64,000 bases of DNA, taken from contig JBNKBE010000008.1 in NCBI GenBank assembly GCA_050287085.1, forward strand, positions 8-64,007. The letters run 5' to 3'. Under the pieces are notes generated by a model. The model had not been told where the DNA came from and made no database searches. It worked only from the letters and a program-made list of their open reading frames with translations. This DNA is from Polyangiaceae bacterium (GTDB lineage: Bacteria > Myxococcota_A > Polyangia > Polyangiales > Polyangiaceae). Position numbers and translations under genes: made by a program. Below, piece by piece: positions 1-10,198 of this stretch; position 1 is the stretch's first letter, and each line of letters starts with the position of its first letter.

Positions 1-474
1 GCTGACTGGGCTGGCGGCCGGCATCGGCCCAGTCCGTGCTGCTGTGGCCAGTTGAGGGGAGAGCTCGGACTGGGCTGCCGTTCGAGCAAAGCCTTCCGCG
101 CCTTTGGGTGCCGTGCCAGCCAGGAGGGTGCTGCCTCCAAAGTCTTGGCCAGCCCCAGCTGCCGCATGGCCCCTTGGCGCCTGAGCGCTTGGCGCTGAAG
201 GGGGGACGATGGCACCCGCCGACGGGGGCGCGACGCCGAGCATGGTCCCGTGCAGCTTAGAGCGTGCGCTGACCCGAGGGTTCGCCGGACCAGGCGCACC
301 CGGCGCCACTTTCGGGGAGGCAGGTGCAGCCGGGGTCACGCCCGGGATGACCGGCGCGTCCATCAACATGGTCCCTTTGAACTTGGGGGCTGCAACCGCC
401 TTCAGACGGAACCCGCACTTGTTGCAGTTCTGGGATGTCTCGGGGTTCTGGGAGCCGCAGTTAGGGCAAAACAC
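1..474 (-). CDS. Zinc-ribbon N-terminal, Pro/Ala-rich protein (3' end runs off the window; not in ORF track)
   Basis: GTG at 474 with GGAGG RBS at 483-487; translates VFCPNCGSQNPETSQNCNKCGFRL (CxxC...CxxC), then low-complexity sequence open to base 1. Confidence 0.8.
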   Translation of the reverse strand, partial: MFCPNCGSQNPETSQNCNKCGFRLKAVAAPKFKGTMLMDAPVIPGVTPAAPASPKVAPGAPGPANPRVSARSKLHGTMLGVAPPSAGAIVPPSAPSAQAPRGHAAAGAGQDFGGSTLLAGTAPKGAEGFARTAAQSELSPQLATAARTGPMPAASPVS

Positions 475-653
475 AGTCGGAGCCTCCAGTCGCCAAGCAA
501 AATGCTCGCAGTCGGCTGTTAGCGCGAAGTTCTGACGGCCACAACGCGATGCATGCAAATGGCGGAGCATTCAGCCATCAGGCCAGCTCGTTCTTCTGGT
601 GAGGTGGCTGACCTGATGACTCAGGACAAATCGGTAGGACGGGATTGCCGCCT

Positions 654-1322
654 TCATCTCGGCAGGGGGCCGAGCGCCACCTCCAAGCGCTCCTGTCCAA
701 CGCCGACCACGACGGGCGCATAGCGCAGCGTGGCCTCCTCGTTCGCCCCCTCCGGCACGTCAAAGGATACAAACCCCTCGGCGACCTGACCTTGGGTCAG
801 TAGCGAAGCGCCCAGCGCCGGCTTGCAGCCGCCGAGTTGGGGTTCGACGCGTGCGCCAGACTCGAGCGTCAGCAGCGCGTAGAAAGGATTCGAGGGCACG
901 CCGTGCTCGGTCGAGGCGCGCAGGCTCAGTTTAACGCCGATCCGCTTCAGCCCCGGGGCAGGACCGAAGGCGCTGTCCTCCTGGCAGCGTCGTACGTCGC
1001 GAATCATCAATTCATAGTCGCGCCCGCGAAGCCATTCGCCCATCGAGCCTGGGGGGGGCTGGCCATCGACCAGGGCAGCGCCCTGTCCGTCCGTGGTGCT
1101 GACAGCGGGCGATGGCTGCTCCTGAGGCCCCTTCTCGGACGACTCGTTCTTGGACGACTTGTGGCAGGCCGCCAGGGTGAATAGACAGAAAACCGCCGCG
1201 ACTCGGAGGCCAGTGGGGGGGGGCGCAGGGTTTCGCGCGCTTGCCGCTCTGGCCGGTGACGAGGGCGAAGCGGCAGGCTCGACAGCCAGGCGGAACGGCC
1301 AGGAGTAGGGGGTGGGGCGCAT
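654..1322 (-). CDS. Lipoprotein with DUF4352-like Ig-fold domain
   Basis: Lipobox LAAC; C-terminal L..GQVAEGFVSFDVP pattern typical of DUF4352; start set at ATG 1322 to avoid overlap with the divergent gene. Confidence 0.6.
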   Translation of the reverse strand: MRPTPYSWPFRLAVEPAASPSSPARAASARNPAPPPTGLRVAAVFCLFTLAACHKSSKNESSEKGPQEQPSPAVSTTDGQGAALVDGQPPPGSMGEWLRGRDYELMIRDVRRCQEDSAFGPAPGLKRIGVKLSLRASTEHGVPSNPFYALLTLESGARVEPQLGGCKPALGASLLTQGQVAEGFVSFDVPEGANEEATLRYAPVVVGVGQERLEVALGPLPR

Positions 1323-1476
1323 GGGCGGGACCGAGACGTAGCCCCCACCGCGGAGAGGGTCAACGCAGCGAGCGCGAGAGCGGGTCTTGTTTGTGTTCTT
1401 GCTGCATAGGGGCCGGCCAAGGCGCGAACGCACTTGACCCGCCCCGGCCGCTGGGTTCCAAGTTGTCCCGAAGAAC

Positions 1477-2385
1477 ATGCGTAGATGGCTTTGGGTTTGG
1501 GGCATTCTAGTTATTGGCGGCGCGGGCGGATGCAAACGGACTTCGCCGAGCGCCGATAGGGTCGTCGGCGCCGGGACGTCGGAGGCTGCGCTCTCGAGCG
1601 CTCAGGCGGAAGGCGTTGCCCCGGCTGGCTCCAGCTCCGTGAACTCGGCCATGGTGCCGCCGGAGGTTATTGCAAAGCACGTCAACCCCAAGAACGAAGC
1701 GCCCTACGCGGGTCCCACCGGGATCGTGAGGGGGGTGGTTCGCATGACGGGGGACGCGCCACCCCCGATGGACAAGTTATCGGCGATGATCCCCGTCGGA
1801 AAGTGCCTCGCCGCACACGAGATGTATCGACATCTCTTTCGCGTGGATGCCCAGGGCGGGCTAGCTGACGCGCTCGTGACCGTCAGCCGCTACGCCGGGC
1901 ATGTTCCGGCGACGCGTCCCCCCGAGCCGGTGGTCGCAAAAGACTGTGCTTACGATCGGCGCACCGTGGTCGCGACTTTTGGCCAAGAGCTATCGGTCAT
2001 CAATCGCGGCCAAGACTCGTATACGCCGCGTCTCGATGGGGTTCCAACACGGGCCCTACTGTTGGCGATCCCGGGGGGCGCTCCGATTCGACTGATACCG
2101 CCGAGTCCGGGCGTCTTTCGACTCGTCGATCAATCCCACCCGCATATCTTTGCAGACGTCTACGTGCTTGCCTATCCGACCACCGACGTGACTGACGTCG
2201 CGGGACACTTTGAGATCAGCGGCGTTCCCGTTGGAAAGGCTCAGGTTAATGCTTTGCTGCCCGTGTTGCAGGCGACCGCCAGCGCAGACATTACGGTTCT
2301 GGCCGACAAGGCGACCGAGGTAGAGCTGCAGCTGCACTTCGATCGCGCCGACTATGAGCGACGCGTTCGGCCTTCCGAGGAGTGA
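1477..2385 (+). CDS. Lipoprotein with carboxypeptidase-regulatory-like / cupredoxin-like beta domains
   Basis: Signal peptide ending GAGGC; G.VRG.V, C.Y, HP and TD..G.F.I.GVP.G patterns. Confidence 0.65.
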   Translation: MRRWLWVWGILVIGGAGGCKRTSPSADRVVGAGTSEAALSSAQAEGVAPAGSSSVNSAMVPPEVIAKHVNPKNEAPYAGPTGIVRGVVRMTGDAPPPMDKLSAMIPVGKCLAAHEMYRHLFRVDAQGGLADALVTVSRYAGHVPATRPPEPVVAKDCAYDRRTVVATFGQELSVINRGQDSYTPRLDGVPTRALLLAIPGGAPIRLIPPSPGVFRLVDQSHPHIFADVYVLAYPTTDVTDVAGHFEISGVPVGKAQVNALLPVLQATASADITVLADKATEVELQLHFDRADYERRVRPSEE

Positions 2386-2433
2386 CGCCAAGGCCGGGTC
2401 CCGCAAGGGATCTGTCCGCCTGCGGCGCTAGTA

Positions 2434-3474
2434 TCACTCCGCGGCGCTACCCGCGGCGGCATGTTGTCCCGCTGCCGCTTGCCAAGCGTACGTGCGAGCG
2501 AGCAGGTATTTGAGCTCGTCCCGCGAGCGCTTGCTTATCTCCGAGCGCAGCGCGCGCGTGGGGCGAGCCAATCCACGGTGGAAGGCGGCCTGATTGCCGC
2601 TGCGATCCGCTGCGACCAGCAGCCAGATTCGAGCCTCGGAGCTGGTTGGATCCGCGGAGCTGAGACGTTCGGCGATGAGCAGGGCTTCGGCGGCGCGTCC
2701 CGCGTCGAGCAGTGCAGCAACGGCGTCCACGGATTGCTCGACGGGGCAAAGCTCCTGGAACATCGGGTTAGCATCGGTTGCCCGGAGGGAGCGTTCGCAT
2801 CCCGTTCGACCTCGCCCAGGGGTCGAGGCAGGGGCCGCCTCAAAGGCAGTTCCGGCATGCGCCGGGGGCTCTTGGACGCGCAGGAGCAACCAAGCGCGTT
2901 CCACGCGCGCCGCTTCTCGGGCGCGGCCGCTGGCGCGCAGCGACGACGCCAAGACGCGGGTCGCTTCAGGCGCCAAGGGGGCGGCGTCGAGCGCCCTGCG
3001 GGCGAGCTCAAGGGCGCCCGCGACGTGTCCGTGGTGGAGCGCACATTCCGATGCCAGCCACCATGCCGGAGCGTAATCCGGTGAATCCGCAAGCAAGTCT
3101 TCGAAGAGCTCGCGGGCGGCTGGTGCGCCGGGGTGGTGGCAAGCGGCCAGGGCGATGCGCGCTCGGATTTCGGGACTCTGCGGGTCGCGGTCCAAGGCTA
3201 TCTGGTATTGCGCGAGCGCTGATCCCCATTCCGCTTGTTGCTCGTGGATAGCACCGAGCGTGTAGGCCTCGTAGGCTTCGGGTGCGATGGCGCGCTCGAC
3301 CCGTGTTCGGCCCTGGTAGACGCGTACCGTCTGAGTATAGTGACTACAACTGAAGGCGGCCGCAGCCAGCAGAACGCCTAGGGCCAGATCCTGACGGACC
3401 CTGGGCATGCGCCGCGCTCGGTCTGTTCTGGACGGCTTCGAGGTGGCTTCTTGCGTGCGGCCGCGTTGCCTCAT
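2434..3474 (-). CDS. TPR-repeat lipoprotein
   Basis: Hydrophobic signal ending AFSC; TPR-like helices (ALAQYQIALDRDPQSPE); ATGA overlap with the HMG-CoA reductase stop. Confidence 0.65.
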   Translation of the reverse strand: MRQRGRTQEATSKPSRTDRARRMPRVRQDLALGVLLAAAAFSCSHYTQTVRVYQGRTRVERAIAPEAYEAYTLGAIHEQQAEWGSALAQYQIALDRDPQSPEIRARIALAACHHPGAPAARELFEDLLADSPDYAPAWWLASECALHHGHVAGALELARRALDAAPLAPEATRVLASSLRASGRAREAARVERAWLLLRVQEPPAHAGTAFEAAPASTPGRGRTGCERSLRATDANPMFQELCPVEQSVDAVAALLDAGRAAEALLIAERLSSADPTSSEARIWLLVAADRSGNQAAFHRGLARPTRALRSEISKRSRDELKYLLARTYAWQAAAGQHAAAGSAAE

Positions 3475-4775
3475 TCCGCGACCTCGCCCCTGCGGAGCGC
3501 CGCGAGGAGTTCTTCGGCACGGCTCTGGGTGACTCCTTGACGCGTGCGCATCATCGCCGCCGCGAGGCGCTCGACCTCCTCGCCTTCCGCGCCCGCCGCG
3601 ACCGCGACGGAGCGGGCGTGGAGACTCATATGCCCCCGCTGAATGCCGTCGGTGGCGAGGGCGCGAAGCGCCGCCAGGTTGGACGCCAGTCCCACACTTG
3701 CGGCGAGCTGTGCCAGTTCCGCCGCGCTACTGATGCCGGTGAGTTGGAGGGCGAGCTGCGCGCCGGGATGCACCTTCAGGGTTCCACCGACGATGCCGAG
3801 CGATAGGGGCAGCTCCAGTCGACCTACGAGCCATTCGCTTTCGCGGCGCCAGCAGGCGAGCGGCGAGTAGCGACCCGTTCGAGCTGCGTAGGCGTGGGCT
3901 CCTGCTTCGACCGCCCGGTAGTCGTTGCCTGTTGCGATGACCACCGAGTCCAACCCGTTCATGAGACCTTTGTTGTGCGTCGCTGCGCGGTACGGGTCGG
4001 CTTCGGCAAAACGCGAGGCCTGCTCGATAGCTTCAGCAACGGCGGCGCCCTCGTCGTCGCATTGCCTCGACGTTGGGGCGGGAGGGCGCGAGGGAGAGCC
4101 GCTCAGGGCCCCTAGGGGCACCTTGGCCTGGACTTTCACCGTGCGCCGGTCACTGAGATTGGTGAGAATGCGCAGTCCCAGCTTTCCGCCTGCGAGTCTC
4201 GCCACCTCGGGTCCAAGGTACTCGGCGATGGTGTTGACGAGGTTGGCTCCCATGGCATCCCGGCAGTCGACCAATACGTGCACGACGAGCATCCCGCCTT
4301 CCAGGGGCCGTACCTCGATGTCGCGCGGCCCGCCGCCGCGGCGAATCAGGTTGGGCGCCGCTTCGGCTGCGCGTTGCAGCAGAGGCTCGCGGTGCGCCAG
4401 GATTTGAGCCTGGGCCGTACTCGGATCGGCCACGTCAAAGAGCTGAATCTGTCCGATCATCAGCGCTTCGGGCACTTCCGCCTGAAAGCCGCCGCCAGCG
4501 CGAATCATCTTGGCGGCATTGGATGCGGCTGCGATCACGCTGGGTTCTTCGACGACCATGGGTGCCAGGCGGTCTTCGCCGTTCAACAACACGTTGAGCG
4601 CGACGCCAAAAGGGAGTGCGTAGACGCCGATCACGTTTTCCACGAGCTTGTCCGCTTGCTCAGGGCTGAGGCCACCGGTGGCGAGCCGCTGAGTCGCTTC
4701 GGCGCTGGTCAGTCCGAGCTGGGCCCTGCGCTCAGGGATCGAAAGGCGATAGAAGCCAGGGAGCCGGGAATTCAT
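3471..4775 (-). CDS. mvaA: Hydroxymethylglutaryl-CoA reductase, class II
   Basis: ENVIG, EEPSV, DAMGAN, THNKG and GIQRGHMSLH motifs. Confidence 0.95.
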   Translation of the reverse strand: MNSRLPGFYRLSIPERRAQLGLTSAEATQRLATGGLSPEQADKLVENVIGVYALPFGVALNVLLNGEDRLAPMVVEEPSVIAAASNAAKMIRAGGGFQAEVPEALMIGQIQLFDVADPSTAQAQILAHREPLLQRAAEAAPNLIRRGGGPRDIEVRPLEGGMLVVHVLVDCRDAMGANLVNTIAEYLGPEVARLAGGKLGLRILTNLSDRRTVKVQAKVPLGALSGSPSRPPAPTSRQCDDEGAAVAEAIEQASRFAEADPYRAATHNKGLMNGLDSVVIATGNDYRAVEAGAHAYAARTGRYSPLACWRRESEWLVGRLELPLSLGIVGGTLKVHPGAQLALQLTGISSAAELAQLAASVGLASNLAALRALATDGIQRGHMSLHARSVAVAAGAEGEEVERLAAAMMRTRQGVTQSRAEELLAALRRGEVAE

Positions 4776-4809
4776 GCGGGTATTCTTTCTGTTCCGGGTT
4801 AACAGTGAG

Positions 4810-5667
4810 CTACGAGCGAGTGGGTTCTTTTCGACTCCAACGCGCGATCCAAGGACCAGAGCGTGCTACCACTCGGCTGACGGTGCCACGGGCATGCGTG
4901 GCCAGCGCTACCGCGAACTTGCCGTGACTCGGCAACACGAGTTCTTCTTTTCGGTCCGTCACCGCTTGCAACATCGCGCGAGCGGCCGGCAGGGTTTCGG
5001 CCGCAAGCCAGGACGGAATGGGATCTGCAAGCTCCGGCTGATGCACTCCCTGACTGTCGGTTGAGCGAAAGTCAGACTTGATGAATCCGGGGCAGAGGTG
5101 CGTTAAGCTGACGCCCATGGGGCGCCATTCGTGACGAACTGACTCGCAAAGAGCCCGGACCGCCGCCTTGCTCATGCAGTAGGCCGAGTAGTTGGGCAGG
5201 CTGAGGTAGCCGTTTGCGCTCCCCACCACTGCGGCATAGCCCTGACTCTGCACCAGCAGAGCCAATGTCGCTTTCAAGGTGTGAATCACGCCGAAGACGT
5301 TGGTATCGAATTGGCGCTGGTAGTCTTCGACGCATAGCGCATCGAGCGTCCCGGAGACTCCGAATCCGGCGTTGGCAATGGCCACGTCCAGGCGTCCTAG
5401 GTGTTGGGTGATCTCCGTCACCACGCGAGCCAGATCGGCTGGCTGTGAGACATCGCAGCGCAACGCAAGCGGCGCGTTCGGAAGCGTTTTGGCGAGCTCC
5501 TGCAGGCGGTCTTCTCGCCTTGCCGCGAGTACCACGCGGGCGCCTTGTTCGGCGGCCGCCTGGGCTAGCGCGCGGCCAATGCCGGATGAGGCGCCGGTGA
5601 TGAGCACGACGCGCCCCCGCAGGTGGCGGCCAGCGACGCCACGCCAGTGCCTTGCGCGGTCGCTCAC
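4810..5667 (-). CDS. Short-chain dehydrogenase/reductase
   Basis: TGASSGIG, NAG, catalytic YCMSK; GTG start overlaps the upstream stop (GTGA). Confidence 0.9.
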   Translation of the reverse strand: MSDRARHWRGVAGRHLRGRVVLITGASSGIGRALAQAAAEQGARVVLAARREDRLQELAKTLPNAPLALRCDVSQPADLARVVTEITQHLGRLDVAIANAGFGVSGTLDALCVEDYQRQFDTNVFGVIHTLKATLALLVQSQGYAAVVGSANGYLSLPNYSAYCMSKAAVRALCESVRHEWRPMGVSLTHLCPGFIKSDFRSTDSQGVHQPELADPIPSWLAAETLPAARAMLQAVTDRKEELVLPSHGKFAVALATHARGTVSRVVARSGPWIARWSRKEPTRS

Positions 5668-6566
5668 TGCGCGCGCTCTCCGCGCTGCACGCCGGGGGCG
5701 CCGAGCATCAGCGGCAACACCGAATGGCGGTGGCGCTCGCGCAGCTCGGACAGACGGGCGCTTGGCGGCGCCAGTCCGGCGAAGAGAGCAATATCCCCCC
5801 CGCCAGCGCCAGCGGGCAGCACCACGGCGCCTTCCCGGCTCGCTGCGGCGGCCAGGGCCTGGACGCTCTGGGTGCAGATCGGCACCCGGGCGAGGTCTCC
5901 CAGGGCGATGAATCCGTCTCGTTGCGCCGCCAACCCCGCGAGCAACTCGTCGGGCGCTTGAGCTTGACATGCGGCGAGCGTCTGCGCCGCAGCGGAGCTG
6001 AGCGCCGCCAAGAGTGTGTTGAACTGTGCTGGACTGGTCTCGGCCGCAGCGCGGACGGCGGCCAAGAAGTGCGAGGTCGAGGCGGCGGTGGGGGCTGACC
6101 AGACTTCCCAAATCACCGCGGGGGGCAGTCTTTCGGGACGCAGCTGGGGGCGGCCTTCACCCAGCTGAAATCCCAACACACCGCCGTACACGGCGGCAGC
6201 CACATCGATGCCGGAGCCCCCGCCCTGGACTTTTTGATGAACGTCAAGGGCCAGTTCAAACAAGCGCTCTCGTTCTTGCTGCGAGGCGCAGGGCAAGGCG
6301 GTGGCCAGTGCCGCGACAAGAAGGGCGGCACTGGAGCCAAGACCCAGCTTGCGGTCTTTGGCTCGCAATTGATCTGCGTCCAGCAGGGGGACCCCTGGTA
6401 GGCAACCTCTGCGCACGGCCTCCAGCACCTCGGCGGGTTCGTATTGGGGGCGACGCGCCGCGTCGGCGTATGCGTAGCGGTCAACCGCAGCCACCAGGGC
6501 CGGCGCCCCGTAGAGCACGCTGTAGGCGCCAGAAATGACCACCTTGCCGGGAGCGCTAGTCTTCAC
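5664..6566 (-). CDS. Phosphomevalonate kinase (GHMP family)
   Basis: SAPGKVVISGAY, KLGLGSSAA, GSGIDVAA, GAGGGD; GTG start overlaps the mvaD stop; mevalonate cluster context. Confidence 0.85.
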   Translation of the reverse strand: MKTSAPGKVVISGAYSVLYGAPALVAAVDRYAYADAARRPQYEPAEVLEAVRRGCLPGVPLLDADQLRAKDRKLGLGSSAALLVAALATALPCASQQERERLFELALDVHQKVQGGGSGIDVAAAVYGGVLGFQLGEGRPQLRPERLPPAVIWEVWSAPTAASTSHFLAAVRAAAETSPAQFNTLLAALSSAAAQTLAACQAQAPDELLAGLAAQRDGFIALGDLARVPICTQSVQALAAAASREGAVVLPAGAGGGDIALFAGLAPPSARLSELRERHRHSVLPLMLGAPGVQRGERAQ

Positions 6567-7558
6567 GGGGAGACATTCCCAAAGCTTGGTGACGATGCCG
6601 CCTCCACCACGTGCGCGCCCGGACCCGGTCGCGCGTCGATCACTTTCTTGACGCCGGGCACTGCGGCCAGGGTGGCCGCCACCGCGGCGGAAGCTGCCCC
6701 AGTTGTGAGTACCTTGACGTGAGGGCCTGCGTCCATCGTGAAGTAGCAGGGGGTGTGCTCCCGCAGCGCACGCACCGCGTGGATCACCTCTAGCGTGGTG
6801 CCGTTGAAGTACAAGACGGGGGGGCGGGCGGTCATCATGGTGGCGTGCATCAGCAAGGTGCTTTCTTCCATGGCCGCGCCCAGGGCCGCTAGATCCCGTG
6901 CTTGTAGGGCCGCAAGCCCCCGTTCGAAGAGCGAGGGAGCCGCTTGCACCCAGGCCGGATAGTAAGCGCTCGTTTCTTGGGTCGTGAGCATAGCGCTTGT
7001 CGAGCCGATGGGTTTGGGGCCGCTCGCCGTCACGGCAACCAATAGATGAAGGTCCCAAGCCTCGGGGGGCAACACGGCGTGAGCGCTCGCAGCACCCAGC
7101 GGTAGGGCCACGAATCCGCCGTAGAGCGAACGTGCCGCCGAGGCGGAACCTTCACGCGCTAGGTCGCTGCACTGCTCAGCGGAGAGGCTGAGCCCAAGCG
7201 CTCGGCTTGCGGCCACAACCAGTGCCGCAAAGCCCGACGCACTGGAGGCCAGACCGCTGGCGGTAGGAAAGTTGTTGTGTGTCTCGATCCTGAGGCGGGT
7301 TGCGTCCTGAGCGAGGGCTCGAAGCCGATCGAGCACGGCTGTGACACGCCGCGCCGCGCTCTCCGGCGCGGGCGCTCCGTCCAAGTGCACGACGTCGTCG
7401 GTCGCTGAAATCGGCTCTGCCGACGTTTCGGTGTGCAGTCCGTCCAAGGTCAGTGACAGACTGGGTACTGCCGGTAGATTTCGCTGGATGTCTGCTTTGC
7501 CCCAGTATTTGATCAGCGCGATATTCGACGGCGCGCGAGCGATGACTTTCACGCTCAC
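6563..7558 (-). CDS. mvaD: Diphosphomevalonate decarboxylase
   Basis: NIALIKYWGK, PTASGLASSASG, SASAARS, YFTMDAGP. Confidence 0.95.
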   Translation of the reverse strand: MSVKVIARAPSNIALIKYWGKADIQRNLPAVPSLSLTLDGLHTETSAEPISATDDVVHLDGAPAPESAARRVTAVLDRLRALAQDATRLRIETHNNFPTASGLASSASGFAALVVAASRALGLSLSAEQCSDLAREGSASAARSLYGGFVALPLGAASAHAVLPPEAWDLHLLVAVTASGPKPIGSTSAMLTTQETSAYYPAWVQAAPSLFERGLAALQARDLAALGAAMEESTLLMHATMMTARPPVLYFNGTTLEVIHAVRALREHTPCYFTMDAGPHVKVLTTGAASAAVAATLAAVPGVKKVIDARPGPGAHVVEAASSPSFGNVSP

Positions 7559-7737
7559 TTCGTAGCCCTATAGCGCTTGCCTTTCAACCGGCCCAATGCG
7601 GGGACGGACGAGCCGGGTCCCCCGCGACGTCTCATCGAGCTGGGGTGCTGGGGTCGCTGGCCCCTGAGCCGCCGACCGCGCGAGTTGCCAGACTCTGGGC
7701 TTTTCTTGGTGCGGATTCGAGCCGTACGCTAGGGTCG

Positions 7738-8217
7738 ATGGCAGTGCTGGACCCGATGTTTCGCATCGCGTACCGGGTGGCGTACCAATTGATGCGTGCC
7801 TACTGGCACGCAGTGCATCCTGAAACGCATGGCGCGCTGGTCGCAATCTGGTGTGGGGGCAAGATCCTGCTCGTACGCAACTCCTACGTGCGCTACTTCT
7901 CTTTGCCTGGTGGTTACGTTCGGTCGCGCGAAAGCGGCCGCAGCGCTGCGGCGCGGGAACTTGAGGAAGAGATTGAATTGGTGGTCGACGAGACCGAATT
8001 GATACCCGTGCTGGACAAGGTGTGGAATTGGGAGGGCAAGCGGGACCACGTGGAGCTCTTTCAGCTCGAGCTTTCCGTAGAGCCGGTCGTGTCGGTGGAC
8101 AACCGCGAGGTTGTTGCGGCACGCTTCTATGAGGCGGAGGAGGCGCTGGAGCTGGACCTATTCCCTGCGATACGTGAGCACATTTTGGCGCGCCTGGGCC
8201 GCGTCGGGAGCGCATGA
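7738..8217 (+). CDS. NUDIX hydrolase
   Basis: Nudix box GGYVRSRESGRSAAARELEEEI. Confidence 0.85.
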   Translation: MAVLDPMFRIAYRVAYQLMRAYWHAVHPETHGALVAIWCGGKILLVRNSYVRYFSLPGGYVRSRESGRSAAARELEEEIELVVDETELIPVLDKVWNWEGKRDHVELFQLELSVEPVVSVDNREVVAARFYEAEEALELDLFPAIREHILARLGRVGSA

Positions 8218-9182
8218 CCCGGCCCAATATTGTGGTCGCGGATGGCTTCACGACCAATCCGGGTGACCTGTCTTGGGATGCACTGGCGGCGCTCGGTACT
8301 TTGGTGGTGCACGAGCGCGCGGGGGCACAGCTCCGCGAACAGCTCGCGGACGCTGACGTAGTGCTGACGAATAAGGCAGTCCTTGACGCTGCGCTGCTTG
8401 GAGAGCTCCCGCGTTTGGGTATGATCTCAGTTCTGGCGACCGGAACCAATGTGGTGGACCTCGCCGCCGCACGTGAACGCGGCATCGTGGTATGCAACGT
8501 TCCGGCTTACAGCACCGCCTCGGTCGTCCAGCACACGCTGAGCTTGCTACTGGAGCTTACCAATCGAACGGGTGACCATCATCGTGCGGCAGTGGACGGT
8601 CGCTGGGCGGCGAGCGGCGACTTCAGTTTCCGCTTGCGACCGATCGAGGAGCTCCACGGACTTACGGCGGGAGTGATTGGCTTTGGCGCCATTGGACAAG
8701 GTGTCGTGCGAGCGTTTGGGGCGCTCGGAATGCGATGTCTCGTGGTGGATCGCCCGAGCGCTCGGGCGGCCGCATCGCGCTTTCCCGACGTCGAGCTCGT
8801 CCCGCTCGAGGTGTTATTGCGCAGAGCGGACGTCGTATCCCTTCATTGTCCTCTGACCTCGGAAACCAGCCATTTGATCAACGATTACAGTCTGAGCTTG
8901 ATGAAGGCCGGTGCGCTGTTGCTCAATACTGGACGCGGCGGATTAGTCGACGAAGTGGCGTTGGCTCGTGCGCTCCAAGCAGGAAGTTTGCGTGGCGCCG
9001 GTCTGGACGTGCTCAATTCCGAGCCGCCCGCTGCAGACTGTCCCCTGCTACAGTTGCCCGAATGTATCGTGACGCCGCACCTGGCGTGGGCGTCGGTGGC
9101 GGCGCGGCAACGCCTGATCGCTCAAGCCGCGGCGAACGTGCAGGCGTGGTTGCGCGGAGAGCCGATCCATCGCGTGGCGTGA
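8214..9182 (+). CDS. D-2-hydroxyacid dehydrogenase (glycerate dehydrogenase/hydroxypyruvate reductase-like)
   Basis: LATGTNVVD, GFGAIG, NTGRG, DV..EP, TPHLAW; ATGA overlap with the NUDIX gene. Confidence 0.9.
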   Translation: MTRPNIVVADGFTTNPGDLSWDALAALGTLVVHERAGAQLREQLADADVVLTNKAVLDAALLGELPRLGMISVLATGTNVVDLAAARERGIVVCNVPAYSTASVVQHTLSLLLELTNRTGDHHRAAVDGRWAASGDFSFRLRPIEELHGLTAGVIGFGAIGQGVVRAFGALGMRCLVVDRPSARAAASRFPDVELVPLEVLLRRADVVSLHCPLTSETSHLINDYSLSLMKAGALLLNTGRGGLVDEVALARALQAGSLRGAGLDVLNSEPPAADCPLLQLPECIVTPHLAWASVAARQRLIAQAAANVQAWLRGEPIHRVA

Positions 9183-9254
9183 GGGTTGATTCCAGAGGCC
9201 GCGCGGGGCCAGTGCTCCTTCGTCGACGCCGCTATTGCATCGCGCGAAAGCGGG

Positions 9255-10181
9255 CTAGTTGGGCTGAACCTGTTTGGTGATGGCGTCTAGGCCGTGGGCG
9301 CGCCACGCGCTCACGACCGCCTCTTGACCGCCCCATTCCGATAGCGCGATGACACAACCGCCGCCTCCAGCGCCGGTGAGCTTGGCGCCTAGAGCCCCCG
9401 CCTGGCGCGCCGCAGCACACGCTCGATCCAGAGCGGGCGTCGAGACGCCCCACTGCTGCAGCAATTCGTGGTTGTGGTCGAGAACTCGTCCCAACTCCGG
9501 TAGATTCCCGTCGGCCAAGGCCATCTCAGCCCGCCCAGTGAGCTCGGCGATGGCGGCGACCTGAGCGGCAAACACCAGGGGAGCCCCCCGCTCCCGCTTC
9601 GCCACCGAGGCAACCATGGCGCGTGTGGGGGGGGCACTGGCCACGACGGCCGCAATCAGCGTGAACGGCTTCGCAATGACCACTGGTGTGGGTTGGCCAC
9701 CGCGGACGAAACGAATGCAGCTGCCCGAGAAGGCGCATGCGGCGTCGAGCCCGGAGGCCTTGCCGTGAAAGTGATCTTCCCAGAGGGCTGCCAGCGACAA
9801 GACGTCCGCGTCGTCGTCCCGTGCGCGAGGGTTCCGGAGCCGTCTCAGCGCGCGCGCAATTGCCACGCCGACCGCGGCCGAAGCACCGAGACCCACGCCT
9901 GCTGGCAGGTGGAGGTGTACGGTTGTTCGCGCGCCCTCCACACCACTTGCCTCGAGCAGGCGCTGGTATGCCGGCAACTCCTCGCTCCCGGGGAGGCAGG
10001 GGGCGTCACCTAGCAGCAATTGACTATCCGCCGACGGGCAGAGGAGCGCGTGCGCTTCGGCTCCGCGATCCAACGAAGCGGCGAGGGCCGGCGCGCCGTA
10101 GACGACTGCGTGTTCACCCGTGAGTATGGCCTTGCCCGCTGCCCAAGCGGTTACGGCGTCGGACCTTGGATCTGCGCTCAT
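9255..10181 (-). CDS. mvk: Mevalonate kinase
   Basis: GKAILTGEHAVVYG, PAGVGLGASAA, HGKASGLD, KLTGAGGGGC. Confidence 0.93.
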   Translation of the reverse strand: MSADPRSDAVTAWAAGKAILTGEHAVVYGAPALAASLDRGAEAHALLCPSADSQLLLGDAPCLPGSEELPAYQRLLEASGVEGARTTVHLHLPAGVGLGASAAVGVAIARALRRLRNPRARDDDADVLSLAALWEDHFHGKASGLDAACAFSGSCIRFVRGGQPTPVVIAKPFTLIAAVVASAPPTRAMVASVAKRERGAPLVFAAQVAAIAELTGRAEMALADGNLPELGRVLDHNHELLQQWGVSTPALDRACAAARQAGALGAKLTGAGGGGCVIALSEWGGQEAVVSAWRAHGLDAITKQVQPN

Positions 10182-10198
10182 CGCTGGGTATCCCAACC

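Noticed and set aside
5668..7058. N-terminal extensions in the ORF track (SDR to 6111, PMK to 7058; also MscS, VWA, GNAT, PP2C)
   Set aside because: They overlap neighbouring genes; coupled ATGA/GTGA or nearer starts explain the real boundaries.
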